From NCBI GenBank assembly GCA_965261395.1, contig OZ253462.1, positions 2,176,001 through 2,240,000 of the forward strand: DNA of 64,000 nt, given 5' to 3'. Both the position numbers and the translations under genes were made by a program. Below, piece by piece: positions 18,569-28,884 of the stretch (position 1 is its first letter; each line of letters starts with the position of its first letter). The DNA comes from Candidatus Latescibacterota bacterium. GTDB taxonomy: Bacteria > Latescibacterota > UBA2968 > UBA8231. Under the pieces are notes generated by a model. It saw only the letters and a program-made list of their open reading frames with translations. It did not search any database and was not told the origin of the DNA.

Positions 18569-20011
18569 TCAAGGCAAAAACTGCAATGCGTAGAGCCGCG
18601 CGTCCCGCATCTCAAAGCGCAATCGCACCGGTGCGCCCGCTAGCTTGCCGATGGGCTCCCGCCAACCCACCTCTTTATGCACTCCATTGCCCATCACCAC
18701 TTCAGACTCTTGCACCGCTTGCCCGTTTTCACCGAGCACTTCCACCCGCAGCCACCCTCCGGCCCCGCCGTCGAAGTTCAGCACCAACCGCTCGCCAGCA
18801 AATTGCAATAGTGGCGTCGTAAAAAACCCGCCGCCATAGCCAGCCTCTGCGGCCACAAACCCATCTAGCCGCAACGAGGCGCGAAAAATTCCGCTCGCTC
18901 GCGACTGCTGCTGGTCCTCTCTGCCGCCGTGCCGCCGCGCGGTGCCGTTATAATAGAGCCACAACTCGTCACCCACCGGAATAAACCACGGATTGGCAAA
19001 CAGCATCCCGCTCAGCAGTCCGCCGTCCCAGCCCTGGCGCAAAAAGGCCCGGCGTTCCCCCTGCCGCCGCCAGTCAATGCCGTCGCGGCTGCTGAGCAAC
19101 TGCACGTCCATAGTTGCCGGGAAGTCGTCTTCGCCCCAGTGATAGTACGCCGCCGGTAGCATGAAATAGGCGTCCTGCGCCGCGTCGTACTTGGTGGCGC
19201 AACTAGTATAGAAGTCGATATTGGGCCGGGGATCGTCGCGCTGGAACGGCACTGGGATCTGCAAATCCTCCTCATCCGCTTCAAAGACGATCTCCTGGGC
19301 GGACCAATGCCTAAAATCGGGCGAGGTCATCCGCCCAACGCAGCGGTACGAGCCCTTACCCTCGGCTGCTTCGGACAAGTGCTGGGTCTCCCTAACCCGC
19401 GTATAGCCCACGTATAGGCCAAGCCGGTCGTCCCAGAAAAACATATTCTGCGTGTCGCACATCGTCCGCGGCGGATTCGGCTGGTCTGGATAGTACTGCC
19501 AGTGCAGTCCATCGGCCGAGTGCATCGCCCACAGCCCCGGCTCGATGCCCTGTGCCCGCTCTTCATTGGTCGGCTGGAACTTGGTCCACAGCTTGTAGCG
19601 TTCCTCGGCTGCCGCCCGCTCATCGCGCAAGACAGTCGCCCCCTGCATGCTCTGCTGCTCGACCAACGGCGCGACGATATTATTGGCCCGGCTGCCGCGA
19701 AATTCCACCAAGCCCAACTCTGGCTTTTCCCAGTGCAATCCATCCGCGGATTCTGCGTAGCCCAGCCGCCGCGCCCCCTCCATCGGCAATCCCGTTTGCA
19801 TGGTCGCGTCGTACCACATCCGCCACCGGCCATCCGCTTCCCGCCACACCGTATTATACGCCCCAATCCCCCAATCCTCCCACGCCCGATCCGGCCGCAA
19901 CACCGGCTCTGGATGCTGCACTGGCATCCCCATTCGCAACGCGATCCCCTCGCACTCAGCAAAAAACCGCTCGTCGATAAAAAGCTGCTTCCTGTCGCCT
20001 ATCTCCAACAT
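18569..20011 (-). CDS. Conserved hypothetical protein, probable five-bladed beta-propeller (glycoside hydrolase-like fold)
   Basis: KQLFID start after AAGGAG; repeated S.DG.HW boxes; LRLDGF. Confidence 0.7.
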   Translation of the reverse strand: MLEIGDRKQLFIDERFFAECEGIALRMGMPVQHPEPVLRPDRAWEDWGIGAYNTVWREADGRWRMWYDATMQTGLPMEGARRLGYAESADGLHWEKPELGLVEFRGSRANNIVAPLVEQQSMQGATVLRDERAAAEERYKLWTKFQPTNEERAQGIEPGLWAMHSADGLHWQYYPDQPNPPRTMCDTQNMFFWDDRLGLYVGYTRVRETQHLSEAAEGKGSYRCVGRMTSPDFRHWSAQEIVFEADEEDLQIPVPFQRDDPRPNIDFYTSCATKYDAAQDAYFMLPAAYYHWGEDDFPATMDVQLLSSRDGIDWRRQGERRAFLRQGWDGGLLSGMLFANPWFIPVGDELWLYYNGTARRHGGREDQQQSRASGIFRASLRLDGFVAAEAGYGGGFFTTPLLQFAGERLVLNFDGGAGGWLRVEVLGENGQAVQESEVVMGNGVHKEVGWREPIGKLAGAPVRLRFEMRDARLYALQFLP

Positions 20012-20070
20012 GGGGGCCACTCCTTGGGCGGGACGTGTTGTTTTGCTCTCTTGCAAGGCTAATACGACGC

Positions 20071-21516
20071 CTATTGTTGAGACGTCTTTGGGCGTCTTGC
20101 AAAGGCCCTGTCCAACAGCCGATCGGTCTCCTCGACCACCATCCCAAGAGCTTCCGGTACGAGCTTGGTCCAGTAGCGGGTCTCCACCTCGTGCCCCCCG
20201 CGCTGAAAGGCGTCCGGTATCGGCAAGTAACCACAGTACATGTTGCAGCAGTGGGCCACTATAGTCGTCGCGGCGGGAGATGCCATTTTAATCTGCAGTT
20301 GCCCCTCGACGAAGGGCTCCCCGGCGAGCCCCACCAGAGCGGTGCTGCCTAGGCGCATTACCTGAATCTCATAGCCCAGATCCCGCTCGCGGCGGCGCTG
20401 GAGATCAACGCTGACGATGGAGGCCGACTGAATCCACTCGCTGTCCACTACTTTCGTCCCCGGCGAGACGGGCGAGCCGCCCTCGTAGCCCCGATAGGCC
20501 CTGCTTTCGTTCCATACCGGTTGCGGGTTCTCCGCCAGCACCTGCTGCGCTTTTCGCAGGGCTTCGGATTCGACCGCACGAATGGGTATGGGCAGCCGCG
20601 TCTCCACCACATCGAGTTCATTTGACTCGTCTAGGTCGCTGTACTCCAGCACGCGCCGAGTAACCTCGGCCAGCATGTGGCCCATGCGGCGATGATCGGG
20701 CTGGTAATCGGGGTCGAAGGGATTCCAGGGATTGATGTTGCCACAGCATCCGTTTGCCACCAGTGCCACGCAGCACGGGAACAGCCGCTCCACTTCCTCC
20801 GCCCAAGCGCCGGGCCAGTCCGCTGAGATGACGGCCTGTGGAAACACGTTTACCGGGTGCCCCGTGTGGTGCAGAATCAACGCGATCGGTCGCGCGGAGA
20901 GACTCTGCACGCAGAGAACACCCACTTCGGGGTCGGTCGGACCTTCGAGATAGCGGATATAGGTAGGCCCTAGAGGCTGTGGCCAAGAAGGGCCGGGCAT
21001 ACGCGCCGTGCCATCGTCCGTAATAGCCCTGCGGTTGAATTGAATGCGCCCCTCAATCCCACTGCCGGCTCGCAGCCGCGCAGGCTGAAGATCAGCGGCA
21101 GCCTCCCGCACGGCGGCGAGAATCCTGTCGACGGCATAATCCTCATAGGCACGCACACCCCCCGCCAGCCACTCGAGTTCGTCCGGCACCGGCGGGAAGT
21201 CGCGGTCGAACATGAAGATGCCAAGCGCAGGAGCCGCGTGTACCTGCGTAGCATGTATCATCACCGCCTCGGGTGGAATGCCCTGATCGCGCGCTATCGC
21301 CTCCCGAATACGCGCCGACACCGCTTCAGTAATGATAGTAACATCCAAGCTGATGAAGCAGAGCTTGGTGTCGCCGCTGGCTAGCACCAACGCGCGCGCA
21401 TACAACGGGGAATCCACGTATTTGCCGGGCCGAAACCAACCTACTTCGCCCGCTAGGGAGATATCCCGATCGGGAGTGATCTCGACTCGCGCCGCATTAG
21501 CCATTAGTGTGCCCAT
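20071..21516 (-). CDS. Neutral/alkaline ceramidase-like hydrolase
   Basis: LYARALVL, HATQVHAAP, NRR, GPTDPEV, GHP, ISADWPG, GEPF, GYLP. Confidence 0.75.
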   Translation of the reverse strand: MGTLMANAARVEITPDRDISLAGEVGWFRPGKYVDSPLYARALVLASGDTKLCFISLDVTIITEAVSARIREAIARDQGIPPEAVMIHATQVHAAPALGIFMFDRDFPPVPDELEWLAGGVRAYEDYAVDRILAAVREAAADLQPARLRAGSGIEGRIQFNRRAITDDGTARMPGPSWPQPLGPTYIRYLEGPTDPEVGVLCVQSLSARPIALILHHTGHPVNVFPQAVISADWPGAWAEEVERLFPCCVALVANGCCGNINPWNPFDPDYQPDHRRMGHMLAEVTRRVLEYSDLDESNELDVVETRLPIPIRAVESEALRKAQQVLAENPQPVWNESRAYRGYEGGSPVSPGTKVVDSEWIQSASIVSVDLQRRRERDLGYEIQVMRLGSTALVGLAGEPFVEGQLQIKMASPAATTIVAHCCNMYCGYLPIPDAFQRGGHEVETRYWTKLVPEALGMVVEETDRLLDRAFARRPKTSQQ

Positions 21517-21781
21517 GAATACCTCGCTCGGCTTTTCTTTATTGCAGGAAAAGCATCCCAATGGCCGCCCTAAAAGCCGGTTCGCTCAAAGCGGAATTTC
21601 TCTTCGGCGATCATGGGACGCCTCGTGGTGAAGTTTGCGCCCCATACTGTATCTCGCCAATGAAGTTAGGGCAAGGAGCATCTAACACCGTATTGACACC
21701 GCGCGTCAGGCCCCATAAATAATAAGGCCGCGAAGACCCCAATTGTTTTGGATTACACTGGTGATAAACAAAGGAGTGGAC

Positions 21782-22345
21782 ATGACTTGTGCCCGCGAAG
21801 AACTCGTCTTTTCCGATGCATTCGACGGCACTCTCGATCCCGAGTGGACCTGGCTGCGCGAACATCCCGGCTTTTGGCGCTTGCAGGACGGCCTGGAGAT
21901 TCGCGTCGAACCGGGCGTGGCCCCTACCGTGCAAAACGCGCTTTTGCGCCCGGCTCCGGATCGCAGCGAAGGAACCTGGGCCATAGAAGTGACAGTGTAC
22001 AACCACACCCATCCCATCCAGCAGTACGAGCAGGCCGGCATCACTTGGTACCAAAACGGCAAGCCTGTCTTCAAGCAAGTCAAGGAATTAATCGACGGCG
22101 ATCTCTACATTATTCCCGGCCGCAAACCCATGCCCACCCAGAGCGTGCGCCTACGCCTCCTTGTCTCCGCCGACTCTTGGGAGGCCCAGTACCGGCCCGA
22201 GGGCGAGGACCAATTCCACACCGCAGATCAAGGCGAATTGCCCCCGCCCGGCGACGATCAAGTCAGCATCCAGTGCTACAACGGCCCCGAAAACGCCGAG
22301 CACTGGATCCGCTTTCGGGACTTTCAGATCAAACGCCTAGGCTGA
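21782..22345 (+). CDS. Concanavalin A-like beta-sandwich protein (GH43 C-terminal/DUF1349-like)
   Basis: AAGGAG RBS; FSDAF.GTLDPEWTWLRE, YEQAGI. Confidence 0.65.
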   Translation: MTCAREELVFSDAFDGTLDPEWTWLREHPGFWRLQDGLEIRVEPGVAPTVQNALLRPAPDRSEGTWAIEVTVYNHTHPIQQYEQAGITWYQNGKPVFKQVKELIDGDLYIIPGRKPMPTQSVRLRLLVSADSWEAQYRPEGEDQFHTADQGELPPPGDDQVSIQCYNGPENAEHWIRFRDFQIKRLG

Positions 22346-22355
22346 TCCGCACCTG

Positions 22356-23453
22356 CTAGCGAAACCAGTCGTAATTCAAGCCCAACGACCGATCCTGCAA
22401 CGGCAACTCCACCCGCTCTCCACCCTTCGCCGCAGAAACCTTCAACGCCACCTCCACCTCCAACGCCACGCCCACTCGCCGCCCCGAATTCTTCGGCTCC
22501 TCCATCTCCCCGGCCAAACACCGCATTACATCATCCACGCAATACACCGCCCCATACGGCACATTGAACTGCGGCTGCGGCCAATCCAGTTCCGCCACTA
22601 CCGGCCCCGCCGCCCCTTCCACCTGCTGCCACAACCGCCATCCCTTGCCGTAATCGAAAACCATTTCCCCGCGCTCGCCGCACAACCGCACCCCCGGTGC
22701 TCCCTTGCGGAAATGCACCACCGTCCCATCCGCAGCCACCAACATCCCCTGACCGGCGAACTCGTCGCTGCCCGACTCCCGCCGCGGCTGATCCCCCGTG
22801 CCGACCACCCAAGCCGGAGGCGCGTCGAGGAAATAAGACCAGTTCTGATGCTGCGCCCCAGCACCCGGGGCCTCGATCGACACCAACTCTCCGATCACTC
22901 CTTCGGCAAGTAGCGCCTTGGCCCGCGCAAACGAAGGATGGGTCGTGGTAATCGCCCCACAACATAAGGGCACCCCCGCCGCGGCGCAGGCACCCACCAT
23001 TCGATCCACTTCCTCTAGCGTATGCACCATCGGCTTTTCGGTGACGATGCCCTTGGCCCCGCACTCAACGGCCAGACAGGTGAAATGCGCGCGGTATTTG
23101 GTATTGGTGCACACCGCGACGATATCTGGCCGCTCCTTTCGCAGCATGGCCTCAGCGTCCTCGTAGAGTGCCTCAATCCCATAGCGCTCGCCATAGGCCT
23201 TGAGCCGCTTGGGGTCGCGGTCGGCGGCAATGACCGTCTCTACCTCGGGCCGATCCCACAGCGCCTCGGCATACGAGGTGGGATTGCCCTCGTCACCGGG
23301 ATGGTCGTAGTGGTGAAATTTGCGGTGGATGTCCAACGGCGGCGTGGGCCGGTCGATATCGTCGATTGCAAAGCGATCCCCGACCCGACTGGCCAAGTCG
23401 TAAAGCAGGCCCATCCAGCCTAGGCCGATAACTGCGGCGCGATACATGAGCAA
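22356..23453 (-). CDS. Gfo/Idh/MocA family oxidoreductase
   Basis: AAVIGLG, PDIVAVCT, TEKP. Confidence 0.88.
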   Translation of the reverse strand: MLMYRAAVIGLGWMGLLYDLASRVGDRFAIDDIDRPTPPLDIHRKFHHYDHPGDEGNPTSYAEALWDRPEVETVIAADRDPKRLKAYGERYGIEALYEDAEAMLRKERPDIVAVCTNTKYRAHFTCLAVECGAKGIVTEKPMVHTLEEVDRMVGACAAAGVPLCCGAITTTHPSFARAKALLAEGVIGELVSIEAPGAGAQHQNWSYFLDAPPAWVVGTGDQPRRESGSDEFAGQGMLVAADGTVVHFRKGAPGVRLCGERGEMVFDYGKGWRLWQQVEGAAGPVVAELDWPQPQFNVPYGAVYCVDDVMRCLAGEMEEPKNSGRRVGVALEVEVALKVSAAKGGERVELPLQDRSLGLNYDWFR

Positions 23454-23478
23454 TCTCCTTTAGATAGTTGTCTAGAAA

Positions 23479-24327
23479 TCAATCGGCTCGCAACACCGCG
23501 TTGTGTGCGGCCAGATCCCAAGTCTCGTTGTACACCAGCGGCTGGGCCCGTGCGGGCGGATAGCCGGGGGGCGGATTATTGGGATCGAGCAACGCCAGCC
23601 GATCGCGGCCCCGGGGCGCATCGAGCCACGCCCGCTCCTCCGGCGCGGCTTGCACCGGACGCCGCAAAATAAACTCCACCCGGTCGCGGCGCGAGAAGGC
23701 CGCATGGGCGACAAAGACCCGATGCACGTCGCGTCCATCCCAGGTCGCTAGATCCGGCAGCAGCACCGGGCCGGTACATATCTGGTATTGGCCATCGGCA
23801 GCATTGAGGTTCATGACGTTGATCGGATATTCAAGGGAAACCTCAATGCCACTGGCCGCGTCCTGATATACCGAACGAGCGTTTTGCGCGTCGCCGGCAA
23901 AGGTCGAGGCCACAATGGCGTCGGCTTCCTCCAGCGCCTCGGATGCGGGATAGGAGCGGATGTCGATGGTATAATTCTGGTACGCATCCGCCAGTGAGCG
24001 CGCGCTGACCGCTTCGGGCTCCGTGCTCGGCCGCTGGGCAATCGCCGGAATCGAGGAGCGACTAAAAGCCATTCGCCACTCGCCGCTGGGGACCTGGAAC
24101 AGGTTTTCGCTGGCAATGGTGTATTCGCTGCGGCAGGGCGCGCCCAGAAAAAGTTCGGCCAGCTCAGTCCCGTCACTGTCGCGCAAAACGCAACGGGCCT
24201 CTAAGGTGAAGCGCACGTGATAGACCTGACCGTGCTCGCCGACAAAGCCGCCGGGCCACTTGTAATAAGGGTCCGGCTTCCAGGGATGGGCCTCCCAAGT
24301 AAAGGATGAACGGGGGAAATTGATCAT
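23479..24327 (-). CDS. Hypothetical protein
   Basis: 282-aa ORF with AGGAG RBS; co-oriented with the downstream gene. Confidence 0.7.
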   Translation of the reverse strand: MINFPRSSFTWEAHPWKPDPYYKWPGGFVGEHGQVYHVRFTLEARCVLRDSDGTELAELFLGAPCRSEYTIASENLFQVPSGEWRMAFSRSSIPAIAQRPSTEPEAVSARSLADAYQNYTIDIRSYPASEALEEADAIVASTFAGDAQNARSVYQDAASGIEVSLEYPINVMNLNAADGQYQICTGPVLLPDLATWDGRDVHRVFVAHAAFSRRDRVEFILRRPVQAAPEERAWLDAPRGRDRLALLDPNNPPPGYPPARAQPLVYNETWDLAAHNAVLRAD

Positions 24328-24466
24328 CGCCGTCTCCTGCCGGGCGACTTGCCCCGGCCGCTATGGGTTCACATCTTACTGCGCCAGATTTTGTAGTATA
24401 GCAAAAGGCATCCTTAAGTACAAAATGCCTGATTCACTCTCACACTAATAGCCCAAGGAGAATTCC

Positions 24467-25057
24467 ATGACTCGCCCCAATGCACTCCATTTCGCATGGG
24501 TTGCCGCCCTGACGTTCGCTCTTACCGCCGAGGCCACATTGGCGGAAACCTACGCGATCGATGCTGCGCACTCTTCAATCGATTTCAGCATTCGCCACCT
24601 CGTCGGCCGCACCAAGGGCCGTTTCGGTGACTTTAGCGGCACCGTCGGCTACGACGCCGCCAAGCCCGACTCCTCCAGCTTCTCCGGCACTATTCAGGTC
24701 ATGAGCATCGACACGGGCAACGAACGCCGCGATGGCCACCTGCAAAGTGACGACTTTTTCGGGGCCGAGACCTATCCCACGATCACCTTCGAATCTACCG
24801 AGGTGACCAGCGCGGGCGAAAACACCCTCAGCGCGAAGGGCAAGCTGACCATGCACGGCACCACCAAAGAGGTCACCCTGCCCATCGAGATCCTCGGCAC
24901 CGGCACCAATCCGCGGAGTGGCAAGGCGCAGATCGGCCTAGAAACGAATTTTTCCCTACTCTGCTCCGATTACGGAGTCAATAGCTGGGAACGCTTCAGC
25001 GCCGTGCTCGGAGACGAAGTAAAAATTCAGGTATTGATCGAGGCCAACGCAGAGTAA
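24467..25057 (+). CDS. YceI family periplasmic lipid/polyisoprenoid-binding protein
   Basis: Signal peptide; ID.AHS, SIDTG..RRD.HL, YPTITF, GKLTMHG. Confidence 0.92.
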   Translation: MTRPNALHFAWVAALTFALTAEATLAETYAIDAAHSSIDFSIRHLVGRTKGRFGDFSGTVGYDAAKPDSSSFSGTIQVMSIDTGNERRDGHLQSDDFFGAETYPTITFESTEVTSAGENTLSAKGKLTMHGTTKEVTLPIEILGTGTNPRSGKAQIGLETNFSLLCSDYGVNSWERFSAVLGDEVKIQVLIEANAE

Positions 25058-25068
25058 GTCAGGATCGG

Positions 25069-26037
25069 CTAGCCACGGCGGAACCAGTCGGCCATCCATT
25101 CAAAGTACTCGACGAGGAAGGCGTGGTTCCCCTCTGGCTGGCGGACCTCGAAGCGCTCTGGACAGCCCGCCTCTGCGTACGCCTGAGAGACGACCGGGAT
25201 CAGTTCGTCAACGCCCTCGCGGGGCATGTCTTCGTCCTCGGTCGGAGCGATCATCATAAAGGGGCGCGGCGGCATACAGGCCGCGACGATGGCGGCGTGG
25301 TCGAAATGGCGCAGGAGATGGGGGATAAAATAATAGGCGCTGTGGCGGTCGGCGGCAGTGTGGTGGATTGCCCGCGCCATGCTGCCCACCCCGCCACAGA
25401 CGGGCACCCCCGCCCAGATCCACGGAGCGCACGCCATCGCGTACCAGGTCGCATTGCCACCCAGCGACATCCCGGTCAGCCCGATTCTGTTCGGATCCAC
25501 TCCTGGGGTGGCTGCCAAAAGCCGCGCCCCTTTGAGAGTTTCCTCGACCAATACGCCCATTTGCGTGCGACCGTACGGTGCCAGCAGCTTGTTTTCGGTC
25601 GCCCACTCTTCGAGGCTGTTGCGCCGCACCTCGCACCCTTTGGGGGAAATGGCCAGCGTCGCAAAGCCCCGGCGCGCCAATTCACGAGCCCAGCCCATCA
25701 GCCTCTGCTCCATATAAAAGCGCGGGTGGGCGATTTCTTTAGCCGCTCCCCCAGTGCCGGGTACGCAGACAATGCCGGGTTGGCTGTGCGCCGATTCTTC
25801 CCTCGGCACAGTGAGGATTCCCGGCACTGTCTCACCTAGCGAATTTTCGTAGCTCACCCGCCTAGTGCAAAGGCCGTCCTCTTCTTGCCAGCTCTCTGTG
25901 ATATAGTCAATCGCGGCGGGAATCTCTTCTAGGCCGAGTAATTCCACCAGCTTCGAGCGCACAGCCGCGACGGGGATCGCATCGGGGTAGGCCGGACGGA
26001 TGCCCTTGGGAATAATGGATTGCGTAAGAGGACTCAA
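25069..26037 (-). CDS. Alpha/beta hydrolase (dienelactone hydrolase/esterase-like)
   Basis: RIGLTGMSLGG nucleophile elbow; ED.D; GNH. Confidence 0.85.
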   Translation of the reverse strand: MSPLTQSIIPKGIRPAYPDAIPVAAVRSKLVELLGLEEIPAAIDYITESWQEEDGLCTRRVSYENSLGETVPGILTVPREESAHSQPGIVCVPGTGGAAKEIAHPRFYMEQRLMGWARELARRGFATLAISPKGCEVRRNSLEEWATENKLLAPYGRTQMGVLVEETLKGARLLAATPGVDPNRIGLTGMSLGGNATWYAMACAPWIWAGVPVCGGVGSMARAIHHTAADRHSAYYFIPHLLRHFDHAAIVAACMPPRPFMMIAPTEDEDMPREGVDELIPVVSQAYAEAGCPERFEVRQPEGNHAFLVEYFEWMADWFRRG

Positions 26038-26144
26038 AGTCTTCTTTTTTATTAGGAGGAATTATTTTGTTTCAAGGGCTTGGATTTGAGTGTATGAAAG
26101 GCCCGAATGCTCGTCAAACTAGTACAACAACAGAAGGGGAAGCC

Positions 26145-26831
26145 ATGAAAATACTCATTACCGGTGCCGCCGGACAGGTCGGCTCCACTCTGGTCAAGGG
26201 GATGGGACAGCGCCACCAATTGCGCGGTTTTGACCGCGTGGAAATGCCCGACCTAGCAGACAGCCGGGTGGGCGATGTGGCCGATTGCGAGGCTTTGTTG
26301 GCAGCCGCCGAGGGCATGGAGGCCATCATCCATTTGACGGGCGTCGATGGCGAGTGGGAAAAGGCCCTGTCCAACAATTTTATCGGCACGTACAATATGT
26401 TGGAGGCAGCCCGCATCCAAGGAGTGCGCCGGGTGGCGTACGCCAGTCGCGCCGGGGTACACGGCCCCCTGCCCGAGCACGTTATGCGCCACATTGATAT
26501 GCGCCCCCAGCCAGTGGGCCACTATACGGTCAGCAAGCTATTCGGCGAGCACATGGGCTATTCCTACTCCCAGAAGCACGGCTTGGAATTCGTCGCAGTG
26601 CGCATAGGCAATTTCAGCCTCAAGCGCGATCAGCCCGAGCACCCGCACCATCTCAGCCACGGCGATGCCGTGCGGGTCTTTGAGCAGGCCGTGGTACACC
26701 CCGGGGTGCGCTACGAGATCGTGTACGGAGTGTCGGACAGCACTTGGCCGCGCTACGACCTCGACCACGGACGGCACGCCATTGGCTACTATCCGCAGGA
26801 TAAATCGGATTGGCAGCCCGAGGAGGAATAA
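26145..26831 (+). CDS. NAD-dependent epimerase/dehydratase (uronate dehydrogenase-like)
   Basis: ILITGAAGQVG, YTVSK, VRIG. Confidence 0.88.
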   Translation: MKILITGAAGQVGSTLVKGMGQRHQLRGFDRVEMPDLADSRVGDVADCEALLAAAEGMEAIIHLTGVDGEWEKALSNNFIGTYNMLEAARIQGVRRVAYASRAGVHGPLPEHVMRHIDMRPQPVGHYTVSKLFGEHMGYSYSQKHGLEFVAVRIGNFSLKRDQPEHPHHLSHGDAVRVFEQAVVHPGVRYEIVYGVSDSTWPRYDLDHGRHAIGYYPQDKSDWQPEEE

Positions 26832-26834
26832 GCT

Positions 26835-27653
26835 GTGATCAAATTGAGCACAATGGCCCGCCAGACGCCCACTACCACCCTTGAGCAGGTCGTCGAACAG
26901 GCCCGCCAGTTGCAGTTGGACGGCGTCGATTTCCATTTGTCGGGCATGGACCGCAGCGTCAAGTATATCAACCACGTCAAAAGCCTCTGCCTCAAACGCG
27001 GCCTGAACATCGGCTATGCCGGGGCCGGCAGCTTTGTAGGGCTGCCCGAGGAACGGGCCAAGCGGATGGAGCAGGGCCGCGCCGATGTCGATGCCGCAGC
27101 TTTGTTAGGAGCGCAGGTGCTGCGCGTTTTCGCGCGCCACAAGTGGCCGAGCACCGTCGAGGAACAAGAGGCCCTGTGGCGTCCGATGATCGAGGATTTC
27201 CAAGCGATTGCCGACTACGCGGCCCAACGCGGGGTCATGGTCGCCTTGCAAAACCACGACAACGGCAGTTTCGCCATGACCGCGGACCAAGTGTTGCGCA
27301 TCCTGCGCGAGACCGAGCGCGACAATTTCAGCTTTCTGTTGGATACCGGGCAGTGGCTGGGGGCTATTGGCTCACATCCGCGCGGCGAGTTCGATCCGAA
27401 TGTCGATTTGTACAAAGACTATCTGGAACCGACTGCGCCTTTTGCCACGTACGTGCGGGCCAAGATCTATAAGATCGACAGCGGCGTTGAGGAGTTTATC
27501 GACTACCGGCGCGTGTTAGAGATTCTGCGCGGAGTGGATTTCAACGGCACGATCGGCTTGGTTTTTGAACTAGGTGAGTTCAACCGTTGCAGCCACGAGG
27601 AATGCATGCGCTTGGCCGTGGCCCATTTGCGCCAAGTGATCGCCGCTAGCTGA
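26835..27653 (+). CDS. Sugar phosphate isomerase/epimerase (TIM barrel)
   Basis: LRVF, LQNH, LDTGQW, IDY. Confidence 0.82.
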   Translation: MIKLSTMARQTPTTTLEQVVEQARQLQLDGVDFHLSGMDRSVKYINHVKSLCLKRGLNIGYAGAGSFVGLPEERAKRMEQGRADVDAAALLGAQVLRVFARHKWPSTVEEQEALWRPMIEDFQAIADYAAQRGVMVALQNHDNGSFAMTADQVLRILRETERDNFSFLLDTGQWLGAIGSHPRGEFDPNVDLYKDYLEPTAPFATYVRAKIYKIDSGVEEFIDYRRVLEILRGVDFNGTIGLVFELGEFNRCSHEECMRLAVAHLRQVIAAS

Positions 27654-27725
27654 TGTCCGTGCGCTGCTAACCCGGTTGCCTTATCTTCGTTGGGCCAACC
27701 AGCCAAATCCGAGAAAGGAATGGCC

Positions 27726-28598
27726 ATGTCCGCTCTTGATCCCAGCACTGCCAAGCCCCTCCTCTTTCAACAGAGCCGCGTCGGCTACGTCGATATAGAC
27801 GAGGTTGATCTACCCCGGACCAACGCCGCTGGCAAGCCGGTAATTGATCCGACGCCGGAACAGAGGTACTTACTCGACACCCAGGGTTGGCTATTGATAC
27901 CCGGTCTGCTCAGCGAAGGCGAAGTGGAGGAGATGCGGGCCTTTTGCTACCGCTTGCACCAGGAGCCCGAATCGCTGCCAGAGCCGCAGCGCAGCCCTAT
28001 TGGCGGCCCCTTGGAAGAACTGACCGACCACCCCTTTATCGTCGGTTTTATGAACGAATTCCTCGCCCATCCCGACCTGTCGAGCCAGGACTGCTACGGT
28101 TTTCGCATGGAATCAACCAGCCTAAGTATGCGCCAGACCGGGGAAGGGGGCTTTGCGCCCCACAACGGCAATGGCCTGTGGCGCCTGCCCGGCGACGGGC
28201 ACAACTACCGCTGCGTGCCCGGCAAGGCGCGCAGCAGCTTGACCTGCGTGGTGTGGGAATTGAACGAGGTTGAGGCCAGTGGCGGCGGCACTCTGTTCAT
28301 CAGCGGCAGCCACAAAGCCGCTTTCCCCCTGCCCGACGGAGCCCAAAGCCTCGATTCGGACCTTTGGACTCGATACACGTGTCCGGCCGGCTCCCTACTC
28401 ATTTTCGCCGAGAGCACCACCCACACCGCTTCTCCGTGGGGTAGCACCAAGCACGAGCGCTGCGCCATTTTCAGCCGCTACAATTACGTCGATAGCAAAT
28501 GGCACAAGTGGCAACCCCACCCCCAAGCGCTCGAAGCCATGCCGCCCAAGCGTCGCACGCTCTTCCGGCCCGTCCACGTCGAAGGCAATCTGATATAA
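27726..28598 (+). CDS. PhyH-family Fe(II)/2OG enzyme, H-x-G variant
   Basis: LDTQGWL, PHNG, GGTLFISGSH, STTH, R. Confidence 0.82.
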   Translation: MSALDPSTAKPLLFQQSRVGYVDIDEVDLPRTNAAGKPVIDPTPEQRYLLDTQGWLLIPGLLSEGEVEEMRAFCYRLHQEPESLPEPQRSPIGGPLEELTDHPFIVGFMNEFLAHPDLSSQDCYGFRMESTSLSMRQTGEGGFAPHNGNGLWRLPGDGHNYRCVPGKARSSLTCVVWELNEVEASGGGTLFISGSHKAAFPLPDGAQSLDSDLWTRYTCPAGSLLIFAESTTHTASPWGSTKHERCAIFSRYNYVDSKWHKWQPHPQALEAMPPKRRTLFRPVHVEGNLI

Positions 28599-28639
28599 TA
28601 CGCGAGAGGCGAGGAGCAATTGGCTCCGATCCAGCCAGC

Positions 28640-28835
28640 TCAAATGGATCGCATTGCCTAATCCGATCAAACGATCTCCATCCCAGCCAGTCCATAGCGA
28701 ATGTGAGTTCAGTAAGCCGTTGCGGAGCGCAGTCGGTTTTTGGGCCGCTGACCAATCATTCGATACATACAGTTGCCGTATGGCTTCCAGCGAAATATTT
28801 CGCGTGTCGCTATAGGAAATCGCTGTGCTAGTCAT
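28640..28835 (-). pseudogene. Truncated GNAT acetyltransferase (N-terminal part only)
   Basis: LYVSNDWSAAQKP..LRNGLLNSHSL.TGWDGDRLIGLGNAI; homology then stops. Confidence 0.65.
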
Positions 28836-28884
28836 AGGTATCCGCCGTAAACGCTCGTATAGTGTTCCACTTCGGGAAATGGAT
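28832..28884 (-). pseudogene. 3' remnant of a small gene (resembles the antibiotic-biosynthesis-monooxygenase C-terminus) cut by the IS
   Basis: HPFPEVEHY..* directly beside the IS end; stop overlaps the GNAT ATG. Confidence 0.4.

Noticed and set aside
21693-21721. TTGACA-17-TAAATA sigma70-like promoter
   Set aside because: Plausible, but the -10 element is weak and the site unremarkable; not supportable from sequence alone.
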